From the NCBI GenBank assembly GCA_965232155.1, contig OZ246948.1:908829-972828 (forward strand): a stretch of 64,000 bases of DNA, read 5' to 3'. A program made the translations under genes and the position numbers. This document shows positions 41,647 through 52,324 of this stretch, piece after piece; positions within the stretch are counted from its first letter, which is position 1; every line of letters starts with the position of its first letter. A model generated the notes under the pieces. It was not told the origin of the DNA, did not search any database, and worked only from the letters and a program-made list of their open reading frames with translations. This DNA comes from Thermodesulfobacteriota bacterium (GTDB taxonomy: Bacteria; Desulfobacterota_D; UBA1144; Nemesobacterales; Nemesobacteraceae).

Positions 41647-42712
41647 TTATCCGATTATATGCTCGATTCCGTTCACAATTTCCCGGGCGGCGTGTGGCCG
41701 CGCGAGTTTTTTCGAGTTTTCCGCCATGCGGGCGAGTGTCCTGCTCAAGGGTTTTCTCAATAACCGCGCAGAGGCCTTCAACCGAGAGTTCCTTTTCCTC
41801 AACCACCACTGCCGCCGCGTTTGATTCTAGAATCCTGGCGTTTTTCAACTGATGGTCGTGCGTGGAGGATGCAAGCGGGATCAGTACTGACGGTATGCCG
41901 AACGCCGTTATCTCGGACAGGGTTCCTGAGCCTGCCCTGCAGATCACTAGATCCGTTATTTCATATATCCGCGATATGTCGTCTGTAAACCCGAACACCT
42001 CGGCCGAAATACCGAGTTGAAGGTAAGCTTCCCTCACGCTTCCTGTGAGGGTTTCTCCGGTCTGATGGGTCACATCTACCCGGGTGCTGAGCTTTGCCAG
42101 TGCCTGGGGAACGATTTCGTTCAGTTTCCGCGCTCCCTGGCTTCCTCCAAGCACGAATACATTTCGCCGGGAGCTTTGGCGGGGTTTTTTCTCCGCCGCC
42201 CCGCGTGCGAGATCGCGTCTTATGGGATTTCCGGTGAGCACGGTTTTTCCCGTCGGAAGATGCTCTTTGGTCTCTTCGAAAGTTATGAATATCCTGTCGA
42301 CGAACCTCGAGAGGATTCTGTTGGCAAGCCCCGGAACGGAATTCTGTTCGCAAACGGCGGTCGGTATGGAGCTCATGGAGGCGCAAAGCAGGGTAGGGCC
42401 GGATGCGTATCCACCGACTCCTATGACTACATCGGGCCTGAAATCTCTGAGTATCCTGAGGGAACTCATCATCGCTCCTAGTATCGAGACTACCGCTACC
42501 ACCTTCTGGGAGAAACTTTTTCCGACGATTCCCCTTGATTCTATGAATTCGACTCTATATCCCTTCTCTGGAAGAATCCTTTTTTCGATTCCCTGTTCGG
42601 TACCCACGAAAACAACCTCGCTTGCGCTGTTTCTCCGAAGTATCTCCTCCGCGATTGATATCGCGGGAAAAACATGTCCTCCTGTTCCTCCTCCGGCTAT
42701 TATCACTCTCAT
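41647..42712 (-). CDS. murG: Lipid II GlcNAc transferase MurG, apparently frameshifted near 41738
   Basis: GGGTGGH, GGYAS, EQN, GNPIR, GGSQGA, RAG..T.SE, HQ.KNA; the canonical tail LARMAENSKKLARPHAAREIV... lies in a shifted frame ending at 41647. Confidence 0.93.
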
Positions 42713-43818
42713 CTTTCCTTAGCACTGAATCTAGAGACGCTCAGGATAATTCCGAACGCCGCAAACGTCGACACAAGAGAGCTTCCTCCGTAGCTTACAA
42801 GGGGAAGTGTCAGTCCCGTGGTGGGGAAAAGCCCGACCGCGACTCCCATGTTGAGCGCCGCCTGGAGCGTTATGAGCGCCGTGAAACCGAATACCATGTA
42901 TCTTGAGAAAGGATCTTCCGCCCGCATGGATATCCTTACGCACCTTGCCAGAATCATGAGGAAAAGCACGATTAATGTTATTACCCCTATGAATCCGAAT
43001 TCCTCGCCTATTATCGAAAAGATAAAATCCGTGTGTGCCTGGGGAAGGAAGAGCAGCTTCTGCGAACTGTTTCCGAGCCCGCTTCCGTATATTCCGCCGA
43101 GACCAAAAGCCATGAATGACTGAACGGCCTGGTATCCCGAGCCGAGGGGGTCTTTCCACGGGTCAAGAAACGACATTATTCTCTCCATTCTGTAACCCTC
43201 GTTTATGATGGCCAATACGAGCAGTCCCACGGCCCCGATCCCGATGCTGAGCAGGTACCGGAGTTTTGCCCCTCCGACAAAAAGCATTATGAAAAGAATC
43301 GCCAGAACGACGAAAGAGGTTCCGAGGTCCGGTCCGGCCAGAATAAGTCCCACGTAGGCGCCACCGGCAAGAAGGGGGGAGAAGATGCCGACCCAGAAGT
43401 TGTCCATCTTTCCTTCCTTCTTGAACAGGAAATGCGCCATGTAGATGACCAGCATGTACTTGCAGAACTCAGAAGGCTGAAACGAGAATCCCCAGACCGA
43501 AATCCACCTTCGCCCCCCGCCGACCTCCTTTCCTATCTCTGGCAGAAGCACGACTACGAGTAAAGCGAGTCCGAGCAGATAACCGGGGTAAACCAGCTTT
43601 CTTATAAAAGACGGCTTAACGTGCATCAATATCACCATTGTCGTTATTCCAACGAGAAGATATATGACGTGGAGTTTGAGAAACCGCATCGAGTTATTGT
43701 AGGTTTCAAGCGAGTATATAGAACTTGAGTTATATACGGCCACCACACCGATTCCCGCCACTATAAGGACGAGCCCGAGGAGCAGTATGTCAAAATCCCT
43801 GTTTTTGAAATCAACCAT
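42709..43818 (-). CDS. ftsW: Peptidoglycan polymerase FtsW
   Basis: RRWI, FQPSE..K, PDLG, GYQ..QS, HTDFIF, P..SYGGSS. Confidence 0.96.
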   Translation of the reverse strand: MVDFKNRDFDILLLGLVLIVAGIGVVAVYNSSSIYSLETYNNSMRFLKLHVIYLLVGITTMVILMHVKPSFIRKLVYPGYLLGLALLVVVLLPEIGKEVGGGRRWISVWGFSFQPSEFCKYMLVIYMAHFLFKKEGKMDNFWVGIFSPLLAGGAYVGLILAGPDLGTSFVVLAILFIMLFVGGAKLRYLLSIGIGAVGLLVLAIINEGYRMERIMSFLDPWKDPLGSGYQAVQSFMAFGLGGIYGSGLGNSSQKLLFLPQAHTDFIFSIIGEEFGFIGVITLIVLFLMILARCVRISMRAEDPFSRYMVFGFTALITLQAALNMGVAVGLFPTTGLTLPLVSYGGSSLVSTFAAFGIILSVSRFSAKER

Positions 43819-45139
43819 CTCTCACAATCTCCTTAAACAGATTTCCCCTTTCTTCGTATGAGCTGAACATGTCAAAACTTGAACACCCGGGCGAAAGCAG
43901 GAGAGTGTCTCCGGCTCTTGATAGTTCAAAAGCGCTTTGCATCGCTTCTTTCAGGGAACCCGCGCATATTGTCTGTGCCAGGTCGCCCAGCTGGGTGCGC
44001 ATTTTCTCTCTTGTCTCCCCTATCAGGACCAGGGTTTTTACCTTGCTTGCCACTGCGTCTTTGAGGCAGTCGTAGTCGATTCCCTTGTCCTTTCCTCCGG
44101 CAACCAGTATGATCGGGGAGGGCAGGCTCTCAATTGCTCTCAGGGTGGCAAAGGGGGTTGTGGATTTTGAATCGTTGTACACGTCCACTCCCCTTACAGT
44201 GAGCACGAATTCCATTCTGTGCGGAAGCGGTCGAAATTCGTCTATGCTTTGCTGCACCGGATCCCGCTGACAGCCCAGTACTCCCGCAACTGCGACCGCG
44301 GCCATTATGTTTTCCTTGTTGTGTTCTCCGACAAGCGCCGAGTTCCGAAGATAGAAGGAAAGCTCCCCGAACACTATGTCATCTTTGCTGCAGTAAACGT
44401 CGGTTTCCTCCAGCCCGGTTCCGAAAGATATTTTTTTCGCCCTGAAACTGTCCGAGCCCTTAAGCACCGCCGGATCATCTGCATTGAACACGGCCCAGTC
44501 ATTTTCTCTCTGGTTTGCGAAAAGCCCGAGCTTAGCCGCTTCATACTCTTGCATGCTCGAGTGGTGGTCCAGGTGGTTCGGCGATATGTTGAGGATCACC
44601 GCGACGTGGGGCGTGAAATCCCTTATCCCCTGGAGCTGGAAACTGCTGAGTTCAAGCAGCAGGAAGTCATATTCGTCGTCTTTTTCAGCTACCGATATAA
44701 GGGGGGTTCCTATATTTCCCCCCGTAAAGACTTTCATTCCGCTTCGTCTGAGCATTTCCGAGAGAAGGGAAGTGGTCGTCGTCTTTCCGTTTGTTCCCGT
44801 TATGCCTATTACCGGTTTTGATATAAAGTTCCACGCAAGCTCGATTTCGCTTATTACCGTTTTTCCCGCTATCCGGGCGTCCCTGATCTCGGGAAGGTCG
44901 AACCTTACCCCGGGACTCAGCACTATCGTATCGGCCCATTCGAACAATTCGGGCGCATGAGTCTCACAGCGGATTTCCATGCCTCCTTCCGCAAGTTTTT
45001 CCACCGCGGGTCCGAGTTCTCCTGCCTCCCTCGAGTCTGTTGCCTTCACCAAGGCTCCTTTGGAGCGGAGAAATCTTGAAGTCTCTACTCCTGTTACTCC
45101 GAGCCCCACGACCAAGAATCTGTTTCCCTCGAGTTTCAT
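43811..45139 (-). CDS. murD: UDP-MurNAc-L-Ala--D-Glu ligase
   Basis: TGTNGKTTT, ELSSFQL, NDSKST, LSPGCSSFD. Confidence 0.97.
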   Translation of the reverse strand: MKLEGNRFLVVGLGVTGVETSRFLRSKGALVKATDSREAGELGPAVEKLAEGGMEIRCETHAPELFEWADTIVLSPGVRFDLPEIRDARIAGKTVISEIELAWNFISKPVIGITGTNGKTTTTSLLSEMLRRSGMKVFTGGNIGTPLISVAEKDDEYDFLLLELSSFQLQGIRDFTPHVAVILNISPNHLDHHSSMQEYEAAKLGLFANQRENDWAVFNADDPAVLKGSDSFRAKKISFGTGLEETDVYCSKDDIVFGELSFYLRNSALVGEHNKENIMAAVAVAGVLGCQRDPVQQSIDEFRPLPHRMEFVLTVRGVDVYNDSKSTTPFATLRAIESLPSPIILVAGGKDKGIDYDCLKDAVASKVKTLVLIGETREKMRTQLGDLAQTICAGSLKEAMQSAFELSRAGDTLLLSPGCSSFDMFSSYEERGNLFKEIVRDG

Positions 45140-45143
45140 TCGA

Positions 45144-46256
45144 TCACCTTATCTTCAGACTTGAAAGAGCCAGAATGGAGAGAACCACGCATATTATCCA
45201 GAAACGCACTACCACTTTCGATTCCGCCCATCCTGCAAGTTCGAAATGATGATGAAGAGGAGTCATCCTGAAAACCCTCTTGCCCGTAGAGCGAAACGAG
45301 ATCACCTGGATTATCACCGAAAGCGTTTCCACGAAGAATATTCCCCCTGCCACTATCAGTAGTATTTCCTGCTTTATCATCAGGGCGCTGAATCCTATAG
45401 CTGCCCCCAGCGAAAGAGAACCCACGTCTCCCATGAACACCTCGGCCGGGTAGGAGTTATACCAGAGAAACCCCAAGCATGCTCCTCCGACCGCTGCGAG
45501 AAAAATAGCCAGTTCCCCGGCTCCCTGTACATGCGGGATCTGAAGGTAGCTTGCAAACTGCAGGTTCCCGGCGAGATAAGCGAAGATTATATAGGTAGTG
45601 GTTACGATAACGATCGAACCTATGGCCAGACCGTCAAGACCGTCGGTGAGATTCACTGCGTTTGAAGAACCTACAGTGACCAGAAGGGCGAAAAGTATGT
45701 AGAAATATCCGAGATCCACAACTGCCTGCTTTATGAACGGAAACACCACAGAGGTCGAGGAATACACCAAGCTTTCGCCGGCTCTCATGGACATTGAAAA
45801 ACCTCCGTTTTCGTTCATACAGAGAATTACCACGAAAATCGCGGCTATGAGTATCTGGCAGAGAAACTTTACCCTTGCCCTTATTCCCTTTCCTCTCTTT
45901 ACTTTCATGAAATCGTCAAAAAATCCCAGGATGGCAAAGCTTGCCGTGAACAGAAGCACAAGCATGACCTTGTCTATGAGGAAGTTTGTCCAGAGAAGGG
46001 ATGAGACCATTATGGCCATTACTATGAATATTCCCCCCATCGTCGGAGTGCCGGCTTTTACGCTGTGACTGCTAGGTCCTTCTTTGCGTATGGTCTCTTG
46101 GAACTGCGCGGCTTTTAGCAGCTCGATCAGTTTTTTCCCGAGGAAGACGCAGAGGATAAACGAAGTCAATCCGGCCCCGAAAGAGCGGAAAGTTATATAC
46201 TTGAAGACATTTAGGAAAATAAATTCGTCTTTTAAAAGATGCAGAAAATAGAGCAT
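45144..46256 (-). CDS. mraY: Phospho-MurNAc-pentapeptide transferase
   Basis: KAGTPTMGG, NLTDGLDGL, FMGD.GS, PLHHHFE. Confidence 0.98.
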   Translation of the reverse strand: MLYFLHLLKDEFIFLNVFKYITFRSFGAGLTSFILCVFLGKKLIELLKAAQFQETIRKEGPSSHSVKAGTPTMGGIFIVMAIMVSSLLWTNFLIDKVMLVLLFTASFAILGFFDDFMKVKRGKGIRARVKFLCQILIAAIFVVILCMNENGGFSMSMRAGESLVYSSTSVVFPFIKQAVVDLGYFYILFALLVTVGSSNAVNLTDGLDGLAIGSIVIVTTTYIIFAYLAGNLQFASYLQIPHVQGAGELAIFLAAVGGACLGFLWYNSYPAEVFMGDVGSLSLGAAIGFSALMIKQEILLIVAGGIFFVETLSVIIQVISFRSTGKRVFRMTPLHHHFELAGWAESKVVVRFWIICVVLSILALSSLKIR

Positions 46257-46259
46257 GGC

Positions 46260-47645
46260 TTATTCTTCGTAAAGCATCTGTATTACCGTTTCCATCTTCA
46301 TTCCCCGCGACCCCTTTACAAGCACTAAGTCTTCCTCTCGGCATGCGTCAAGAAGCAGTGCTGCTGCCTCCTGCGGGCTCTCCGCTACATGACATGCCGT
46401 CTGTCCCCGCACCGCTGATACGAGCGACCGGGAGAATTCTCCCATGGCTACCACCATGTCGAGACCTAGCTGCGAGATATGTTCCCCGATCATTTGGTGT
46501 TCCCTTTCGGCGTTTTCTCCCAGCTCAAGCATGTCCCCGAGAACCGCTACCGCCTTCGCCTCGCCTCGCCGGTGAGCGGCGAGTTCATCAAGTGCCGCGC
46601 GCATCGAGTCGGGATTTGCGTTATATGAGTCATTTATGATTCTGAAGCCGAAAGGGGTGTGAACAACCTCAAGACGCATGGCGGAGGGAACGTATTTGCC
46701 AAGGCCTGCCAGTACCTCGTTCATTCCGCATCCGAGCGAGTACGCAAGAGCGGAGGCGGAAAGGGCGTTTGAAACATTATGAGCGCCTATTCCCCTTATT
46801 CTCGCTCTGGCGGACTGCTTGCCGATGTGTATCGTGAATTCGATAAACTCCATTTCCTCGTGGCTGATGTCGTCTGCCCTTATGAAAGCCTCTGGAGAGG
46901 AAACTCCGTACGTGATTTTCCTGCAGTGCACGCGGGCCGCTATCTTCTCCACCCAGGGATCGTCGATGTTTACGCAGAAAATGTTTTCCTCTCCGAAATT
47001 TTCAACTAACTCTCCCTTGGCCTTCGCGACGCCTTCAAGATCCTTCATCCCTTCCAGATGGGCTTTGCCTATCGAGGTGATCGTTCCCACGTCGGGCGAG
47101 GCGATATCCGCAAGGGTTCTTATCTCCCCGAAAGAGTTCATTCCCATCTCAAGCACGCAGAAATCATGGCTCTTATCCAGTTTCAGGAGATTGAGCGGAA
47201 GACCTATCTGATTGTTCAGGTTGCCGTGGGTGCTGAGCACATCGCCCGATACGGACAGTATGCTGTGGGTCATGTTCTTGGTCGTAGTTTTTCCGTTTGA
47301 ACCCGTAATGGCGGCGACTTTCAGGTCGGGGAACGAATTTCTCCAGTGTCTTGACATCTCAAGGAGGGCTTTCTGCGTGGATTCGACCTTTATTATCGCC
47401 CCGCAGTTGCGCTTTGAGTGCTGTATTTGCGGGTGTTTTTCCACTATTGCTCCCGCAGAACCTTTTTCAAAGGCCTCGGCGACGTAATCATGCCCGTCGA
47501 AGTTGGGTCCCTCTATGGCGACGAAGATCTGGTTTTTCTCTATATTTCTGGAATCGATGGAGACCCCCGAAGCTCCGACCGGCATTTTGCCGCCGACGAG
47601 GCTGCCTCCCGTGGAATTTAGCAGAAACTCAAGGCTGAATCTCAA
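46260..47645 (-). CDS. murF: UDP-MurNAc-tripeptide--D-Ala-D-Ala ligase
   Basis: TGSNGKTTTK, NN.IG.P, DSYNANP, GDMLELG, KGSR. Confidence 0.97.
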   Translation of the reverse strand: MRFSLEFLLNSTGGSLVGGKMPVGASGVSIDSRNIEKNQIFVAIEGPNFDGHDYVAEAFEKGSAGAIVEKHPQIQHSKRNCGAIIKVESTQKALLEMSRHWRNSFPDLKVAAITGSNGKTTTKNMTHSILSVSGDVLSTHGNLNNQIGLPLNLLKLDKSHDFCVLEMGMNSFGEIRTLADIASPDVGTITSIGKAHLEGMKDLEGVAKAKGELVENFGEENIFCVNIDDPWVEKIAARVHCRKITYGVSSPEAFIRADDISHEEMEFIEFTIHIGKQSARARIRGIGAHNVSNALSASALAYSLGCGMNEVLAGLGKYVPSAMRLEVVHTPFGFRIINDSYNANPDSMRAALDELAAHRRGEAKAVAVLGDMLELGENAEREHQMIGEHISQLGLDMVVAMGEFSRSLVSAVRGQTACHVAESPQEAAALLLDACREEDLVLVKGSRGMKMETVIQMLYEE

Positions 47646-49144
47646 AGTTTCCTCCTGTCCCTGGCTTCAAGGTGTTTTTCTGCGATCTCCCTGTCGTCAA
47701 AATGAATTTTCTCGGTGCCGATTATCTGGTAGTTCTCATGACCTTTTCCCGCTATAAGGACCGTGTCTCCGGGCCCGGCCTTATCCACAGCGTGTTTTAT
47801 GGCTTCTTCCCTGTCGCTTATTACCACTACCCCTGGATCCTGGGGTTCTATCCCCTCGGTCATATCCGCTATTATCCTCTCCGGGTCCTCCGTTCTGGGG
47901 TTATCAGAAGTCACTATCAGCATGTCCGAATACCTGCGTCCTACCGCGGCCATGAGGGGACGTTTTCCCCTGTCTCTGTCTCCCCCGCAACCCACGACGG
48001 TGATGAGTCTTTGTGCGCAGAAAGGTTCGAGACACGCAAGCACGTTCTCAAGTGCGTCGGGGGTGTGAGCGTAGTCCACAAAAACATCTATTCCCGAAGT
48101 GGTTTCAATTTTCTCGAGTCTTCCCGGAATGCGCCTGAGTTCACTCAGCGCTCTCCCGGTTGTCCCTGGGGACGAACCGAGAGAGAGGAGCGTTCCGGCT
48201 GCCGCCATCATGTTATAGAGGTTGTGTTTCCCCATGAGCTTTGAATCAAGTTCCACCTTGCCCCACGGGGTGGCCAGCGTGGCCTTTATGCCTCCAGAAT
48301 CAAGCGCGAAATTCTCCGCGAATACGACTGAGTCCTTTCTTTTCGTGGAAAACGTTATTTTCTGACCTTTTTTCGAGGCGGATATCCTGTTTGCGAAGGG
48401 ATCATCCGCGTTTATTATCGAGAACACATCTTTTTTCTCGCTTTTCTCGAGAATTTCCGAGAAAAGTCTTTCTTTAGCCCTGAAATAATCTTCAAGCGTT
48501 TTGTGGTAATCCAGGTGATCCTGGGTGAGGTTCGTAAAGATCGCCGCGTCGAAGTGGCATCCGTCGACCCTTTTTAAATCAAGGGCGTGCGAAGACACCT
48601 CGAGCGTGACATTTGCCACTCCGGCGTCTTTCATTTCACGCAGCATTCTCATAAAAGCTATGGGATCGGGCGTTGTAAGGGAGGCGGGCTCGGTCCTGCC
48701 CATGTATCTGTTCTCTATGGTTCCCAGAAGGCCTGTGTTTATCCCATCGGCTTTCCAGCCGGCTTCTATCATGTGGGACACCGTGGTTTTGCCGTTTGTC
48801 CCCGTCACGCCAACGACCTTCATTGCAAGGGAAGGGTGGTCGTGGAAATTGGAGGCGACGATAGATGCTGCGGCCCTGGAATCGCTTGTTTTTGCGAATG
48901 GAACTCCGAGATCCGGGATTTCCGCTGAAACCTCCTCAAGCAGAAGTGCAGCCGCTCCCTTTTTCACCGCGGAGGCGACGTAATTGTGTCCGTCAGTGAC
49001 TTTGCCCCTGATGGCAATAAAAAGGGATCCCGGTTCCACTTTCTGCGAGTTGAGAGCTATTCCCGTAATTTCCGTATCTCCCGGATTCTTGGATCCAGCT
49101 AGAGCTTCAATTCCCGCGTTTCTCAGAACATCTGCTAATCTCAT
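47642..49144 (-). CDS. murE: UDP-MurNAc-dipeptide--meso-DAP ligase
   Basis: TGTNGKTT, EVSSH, DYAHTPD, SDNPR (DAP-specific), AGKGHE; start placed at MRLADV. Confidence 0.96.
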   Translation of the reverse strand: MRLADVLRNAGIEALAGSKNPGDTEITGIALNSQKVEPGSLFIAIRGKVTDGHNYVASAVKKGAAALLLEEVSAEIPDLGVPFAKTSDSRAAASIVASNFHDHPSLAMKVVGVTGTNGKTTVSHMIEAGWKADGINTGLLGTIENRYMGRTEPASLTTPDPIAFMRMLREMKDAGVANVTLEVSSHALDLKRVDGCHFDAAIFTNLTQDHLDYHKTLEDYFRAKERLFSEILEKSEKKDVFSIINADDPFANRISASKKGQKITFSTKRKDSVVFAENFALDSGGIKATLATPWGKVELDSKLMGKHNLYNMMAAAGTLLSLGSSPGTTGRALSELRRIPGRLEKIETTSGIDVFVDYAHTPDALENVLACLEPFCAQRLITVVGCGGDRDRGKRPLMAAVGRRYSDMLIVTSDNPRTEDPERIIADMTEGIEPQDPGVVVISDREEAIKHAVDKAGPGDTVLIAGKGHENYQIIGTEKIHFDDREIAEKHLEARDRRKL

Positions 49145-51015
49145 ATGTTCTGCTTGAGCGTGAAAGTGCAGTCCGTTCCCCTTTTTATTTTTTTTCCTGA
49201 AGGTGGATGCTGGCTGACCACATAGCCGCTTCCTATGAATCTGACCGACACTTCTTCTTTTTCCGCCCACTTCATGACGGCTCTTGCGCTTTTGTTCACC
49301 ATGTCCGGCATGACTGTTTCTTCAATCTTTTCCTCGCGTGGAGGTATTTGCATGTGAAACAGGACTTTTTCAGTTATGGACTTGAAAATTGGCGCCGCGA
49401 CTATCCCTCCGTAAGTATGTTTTCTGGGGTTCTCGACAATTACGACCAGGGTAAGACGCGGATCGTCAGCGGGGGCGAAACCGATAAACGACGAAAGATA
49501 TCTGTTTTCGTAGTAAGTGCCGGTCTCTGGGTTGGGCATCTGCGCCGTGCCTGTTTTTCCGGCGACTCTGTAGCCGGGAATACCGGCGTTTTTGCCCGTG
49601 CCGCTCTTCACCACCTGTTCAAGGATTCGGGTGACTTTCGAAGCCGTATCGTAGGAAATGACTCTTTTAACAAGCTCCGGGTTTCTTTCCATGAGAACCT
49701 TGTCCTCAGGCGAGACTATTTTCTTCACGATATAGGGTTTCATCAGATACCCGCCGTTTGCTATGCTCGAAAGCGCGGTTGCCATCTGGATCGCCGTCAC
49801 CGATATTCCCTGTCCGAACGATATCGTCGCCAGTTCGAGGTCTCCCCAGTTCCTTAGGTTCTGTATTCTCCCTCTGGCTTCCCCGGGAAGGTCCACTCCG
49901 ACCGGCTCTCCGAAACCGAAATTCCTGAGCGAGTCGTGAAGTTTTTTCTTTCCTAGGGTTTTACCCATTTTCCAGGCGCATATGTTGCTTGAATACGTTA
50001 TGGTCTCGGAAACCGTCAGGATTCCGTGGCCGTGCACGTCTTTTATTACTTTCGGACCGACTCTCTGCTTCCCGTTTTCACAGTCATACTCGGTATTCTC
50101 ATCCCCCATTTTTTCTTCAAGCAGTGTTGCCGCCAAAAATACTTTCAGCGTGGAACCGGGCTCGAAGGACATCCACACGGGGAGATTCTTCCTCGTTTTC
50201 TGGGAAAACTCGCCGAAGCGGTTAGGGTCGAAAAACGGATAGGAGGCCATGGAGAGTATCTCGCCAGTTTGAGGATTCATCAGGAGGGCGGTCCCCCTAT
50301 CCGCTTTCATTTCTTTTACGCCTTTCTCGAGTGCAGCTTCCGTTATGTTCTGTATATTGGAATCCACGGTAAGCAGCACATCGTTTCCCTTAGTAGACTG
50401 TTCTTTCGGATCTAACAGGACGTCGGAAATACGGTTTCCCTTTCCGTCGGTTCTGATTCTCACCGTGGCGGGTTTGCCGGCAAGCATCTTTTCGAAGCCG
50501 TATTCAAGACCCTCCATTCCCTTAAGATCTACGTTGGTAAATCCGATTGCCTGCCCGAGCAGAGAGCCGTTGGGGTAAATCCTTTTCGGTTCTTCGATGA
50601 AACCGACCCCTGGAATACCCATGTTCTCTATCTTTTTTGCTGTCTCCGGGTCCTCTCCTCTCTTGATCCATACAAAGGGTTTATCAGAACGCGTAAGACC
50701 GATCAGTTTCTTGCGGGACAGACCCAGCGGTTTCGATATTGCCCGTGCGAGTTTGTCCGAGTCTTTTACTTCCTTGGGATTCAGATAGATCGAGGTTGCC
50801 CAGACGCTTGTGGCCAGAGGTCTCTTATTCCGGTCAAACAAGGTTCCTCGTACCGGAGGTATCTTGTAAATCCTGCTGTGCTGTTTTTTGGCCCCGGCGG
50901 AAAACTTCTCGCTTTGGAGCACCTGGAGTTCAAAGGACCTGTATGCCAGAAGCATAAACAGACCTGTAATAAAAACTGAGGCAATATAAAACTTCCGTTT
51001 TTCAGAATTGCTCAT
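49141..51015 (-). CDS. ftsI: Division transpeptidase PBP3 with C-terminal PASTA domain
   Basis: RGT.FDRN, EPGSTLK, SSN, GKTGTAQ; PASTA-like tail. Confidence 0.94.
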   Translation of the reverse strand: MSNSEKRKFYIASVFITGLFMLLAYRSFELQVLQSEKFSAGAKKQHSRIYKIPPVRGTLFDRNKRPLATSVWATSIYLNPKEVKDSDKLARAISKPLGLSRKKLIGLTRSDKPFVWIKRGEDPETAKKIENMGIPGVGFIEEPKRIYPNGSLLGQAIGFTNVDLKGMEGLEYGFEKMLAGKPATVRIRTDGKGNRISDVLLDPKEQSTKGNDVLLTVDSNIQNITEAALEKGVKEMKADRGTALLMNPQTGEILSMASYPFFDPNRFGEFSQKTRKNLPVWMSFEPGSTLKVFLAATLLEEKMGDENTEYDCENGKQRVGPKVIKDVHGHGILTVSETITYSSNICAWKMGKTLGKKKLHDSLRNFGFGEPVGVDLPGEARGRIQNLRNWGDLELATISFGQGISVTAIQMATALSSIANGGYLMKPYIVKKIVSPEDKVLMERNPELVKRVISYDTASKVTRILEQVVKSGTGKNAGIPGYRVAGKTGTAQMPNPETGTYYENRYLSSFIGFAPADDPRLTLVVIVENPRKHTYGGIVAAPIFKSITEKVLFHMQIPPREEKIEETVMPDMVNKSARAVMKWAEKEEVSVRFIGSGYVVSQHPPSGKKIKRGTDCTFTLKQNI

Positions 51016-51337
51016 CCTGTTCTTCCCGTGCGACTATTACCTCTTCGACGAAAACGACATCCTTGTAACTGGCGAATCTGAATCCCTTTTTATCCGCCAC
51101 CGGTTTGAGATGTTCAAGAGACTTGAGTCTTAAAACTTCGTGGTGAAGCATCCCGGTTTCATTTAGAAGGGCTCTTTCGATTTTTCGGTTTTTCGAAATC
51201 TCGTAGCCGATCCTCGTGTGTTCTACCTTGATGTGCAGAAAGCAAAGCGCGGTTATCAGAACGACACCGAAAACGACTAATGTACGAGGGAACAACCTCT
51301 TTTTTGTTTTTTTCCTTCCGGCAAGATTTTTTCTCAT
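51002..51337 (-). CDS. ftsL: Cell division protein FtsL
   Basis: Basic N-terminus, TM, coiled coil; located between rsmH and ftsI. Confidence 0.8.
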   Translation of the reverse strand: MRKNLAGRKKTKKRLFPRTLVVFGVVLITALCFLHIKVEHTRIGYEISKNRKIERALLNETGMLHHEVLRLKSLEHLKPVADKKGFRFASYKDVVFVEEVIVAREEQDEQF

Positions 51338-51343
51338 TTGTGG

Positions 51344-52324
51344 TTATACCCCCTCTGCAACCCTCATTTTTGAACTTCTCGCTCTGGGATTCTCCTCCAC
51401 TTCCCTTTTCGTGGGTCTTACGACCGAGCGAGTCACCCTTTTTATCTGCTGAGTTTTCCCGCACGCGCATACAGGAAGATCTGGAGGACAGACGCATGTA
51501 GAGTCAAGTTCTCTGAACATGTTTTTAACTATTCTGTCTTCAAGCGAGTGGAAAGAGATTATCACCAGCCTCGCTCCAGTATTTAGAATCTTCACGGCCT
51601 CTTCGATAAAGATTCTTAGGTTATCAAGCTCGTTGTTAATCGAGATTCGAAGGGCCTGAAAAGTTTTGGTAGCGGGGTGATTCTTCTTTGGGTGAAACTT
51701 TTTCGGGATCGAGTTTGAGATTATCGAGGCCAGTTCAAAGGAAGTCTGTATGGTTTTTTGGGCTCTGCTTTTAGCTATCGACTTGGCTATTCTGCCCGCG
51801 AATTTCTCTTCTCCATATTCTTTCAATATGTATTCGAGCTCTTCTGTTTTCATTCCGTTTACGAGGTCGTATGCCGAGAACTGAAGACCCGCGTCCATTC
51901 TCATGTCGAGAAACTCGTTTTTTTTGAAACTGAATCCCTTGCCGCTTCGCTCAAGCTGAAAGGAGGATGTTCCCAGGTCGGCGATAATGCCGTCGACATA
52001 TTCCATTCCCATGGAGTTGACCGTGGTTTTTATATGTATGAAATTTCTGTTTACCATCTCTACTTTGTCTGTGTTGCCTGAAAGCCTGCCTTTCGCAAGA
52101 GAGATCGCGGACTGGTCGACGTCCATCCCTATTAGTTTCGATATAGAAGGGTATCTATTAAGAATGTGCTCGGAGTGTCCGCCGAGACCTACGGTCGCGT
52201 CGACTACAACGCTGCCCTCCGGCAGGTCAAGGTACTCAGCTACCTCTCTTACCATGACTGGGGAGTGGAACTGCTTCTGCGGCTCAGAGCTTGCAGCAGC
52301 GGCTTCTATTTCCTCAAAGGCCAT
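51344..52324 (-). CDS. rsmH: 16S rRNA m4C1402 methyltransferase
   Basis: H.PVM, DAT.G.GGH, DLGTSS.Q, LDMRM, FHSLEDR, NPRARS.K; GGAGG before MAFEE. Confidence 0.96.
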   Translation of the reverse strand: MAFEEIEAAAASSEPQKQFHSPVMVREVAEYLDLPEGSVVVDATVGLGGHSEHILNRYPSISKLIGMDVDQSAISLAKGRLSGNTDKVEMVNRNFIHIKTTVNSMGMEYVDGIIADLGTSSFQLERSGKGFSFKKNEFLDMRMDAGLQFSAYDLVNGMKTEELEYILKEYGEEKFAGRIAKSIAKSRAQKTIQTSFELASIISNSIPKKFHPKKNHPATKTFQALRISINNELDNLRIFIEEAVKILNTGARLVIISFHSLEDRIVKNMFRELDSTCVCPPDLPVCACGKTQQIKRVTRSVVRPTKREVEENPRARSSKMRVAEGV

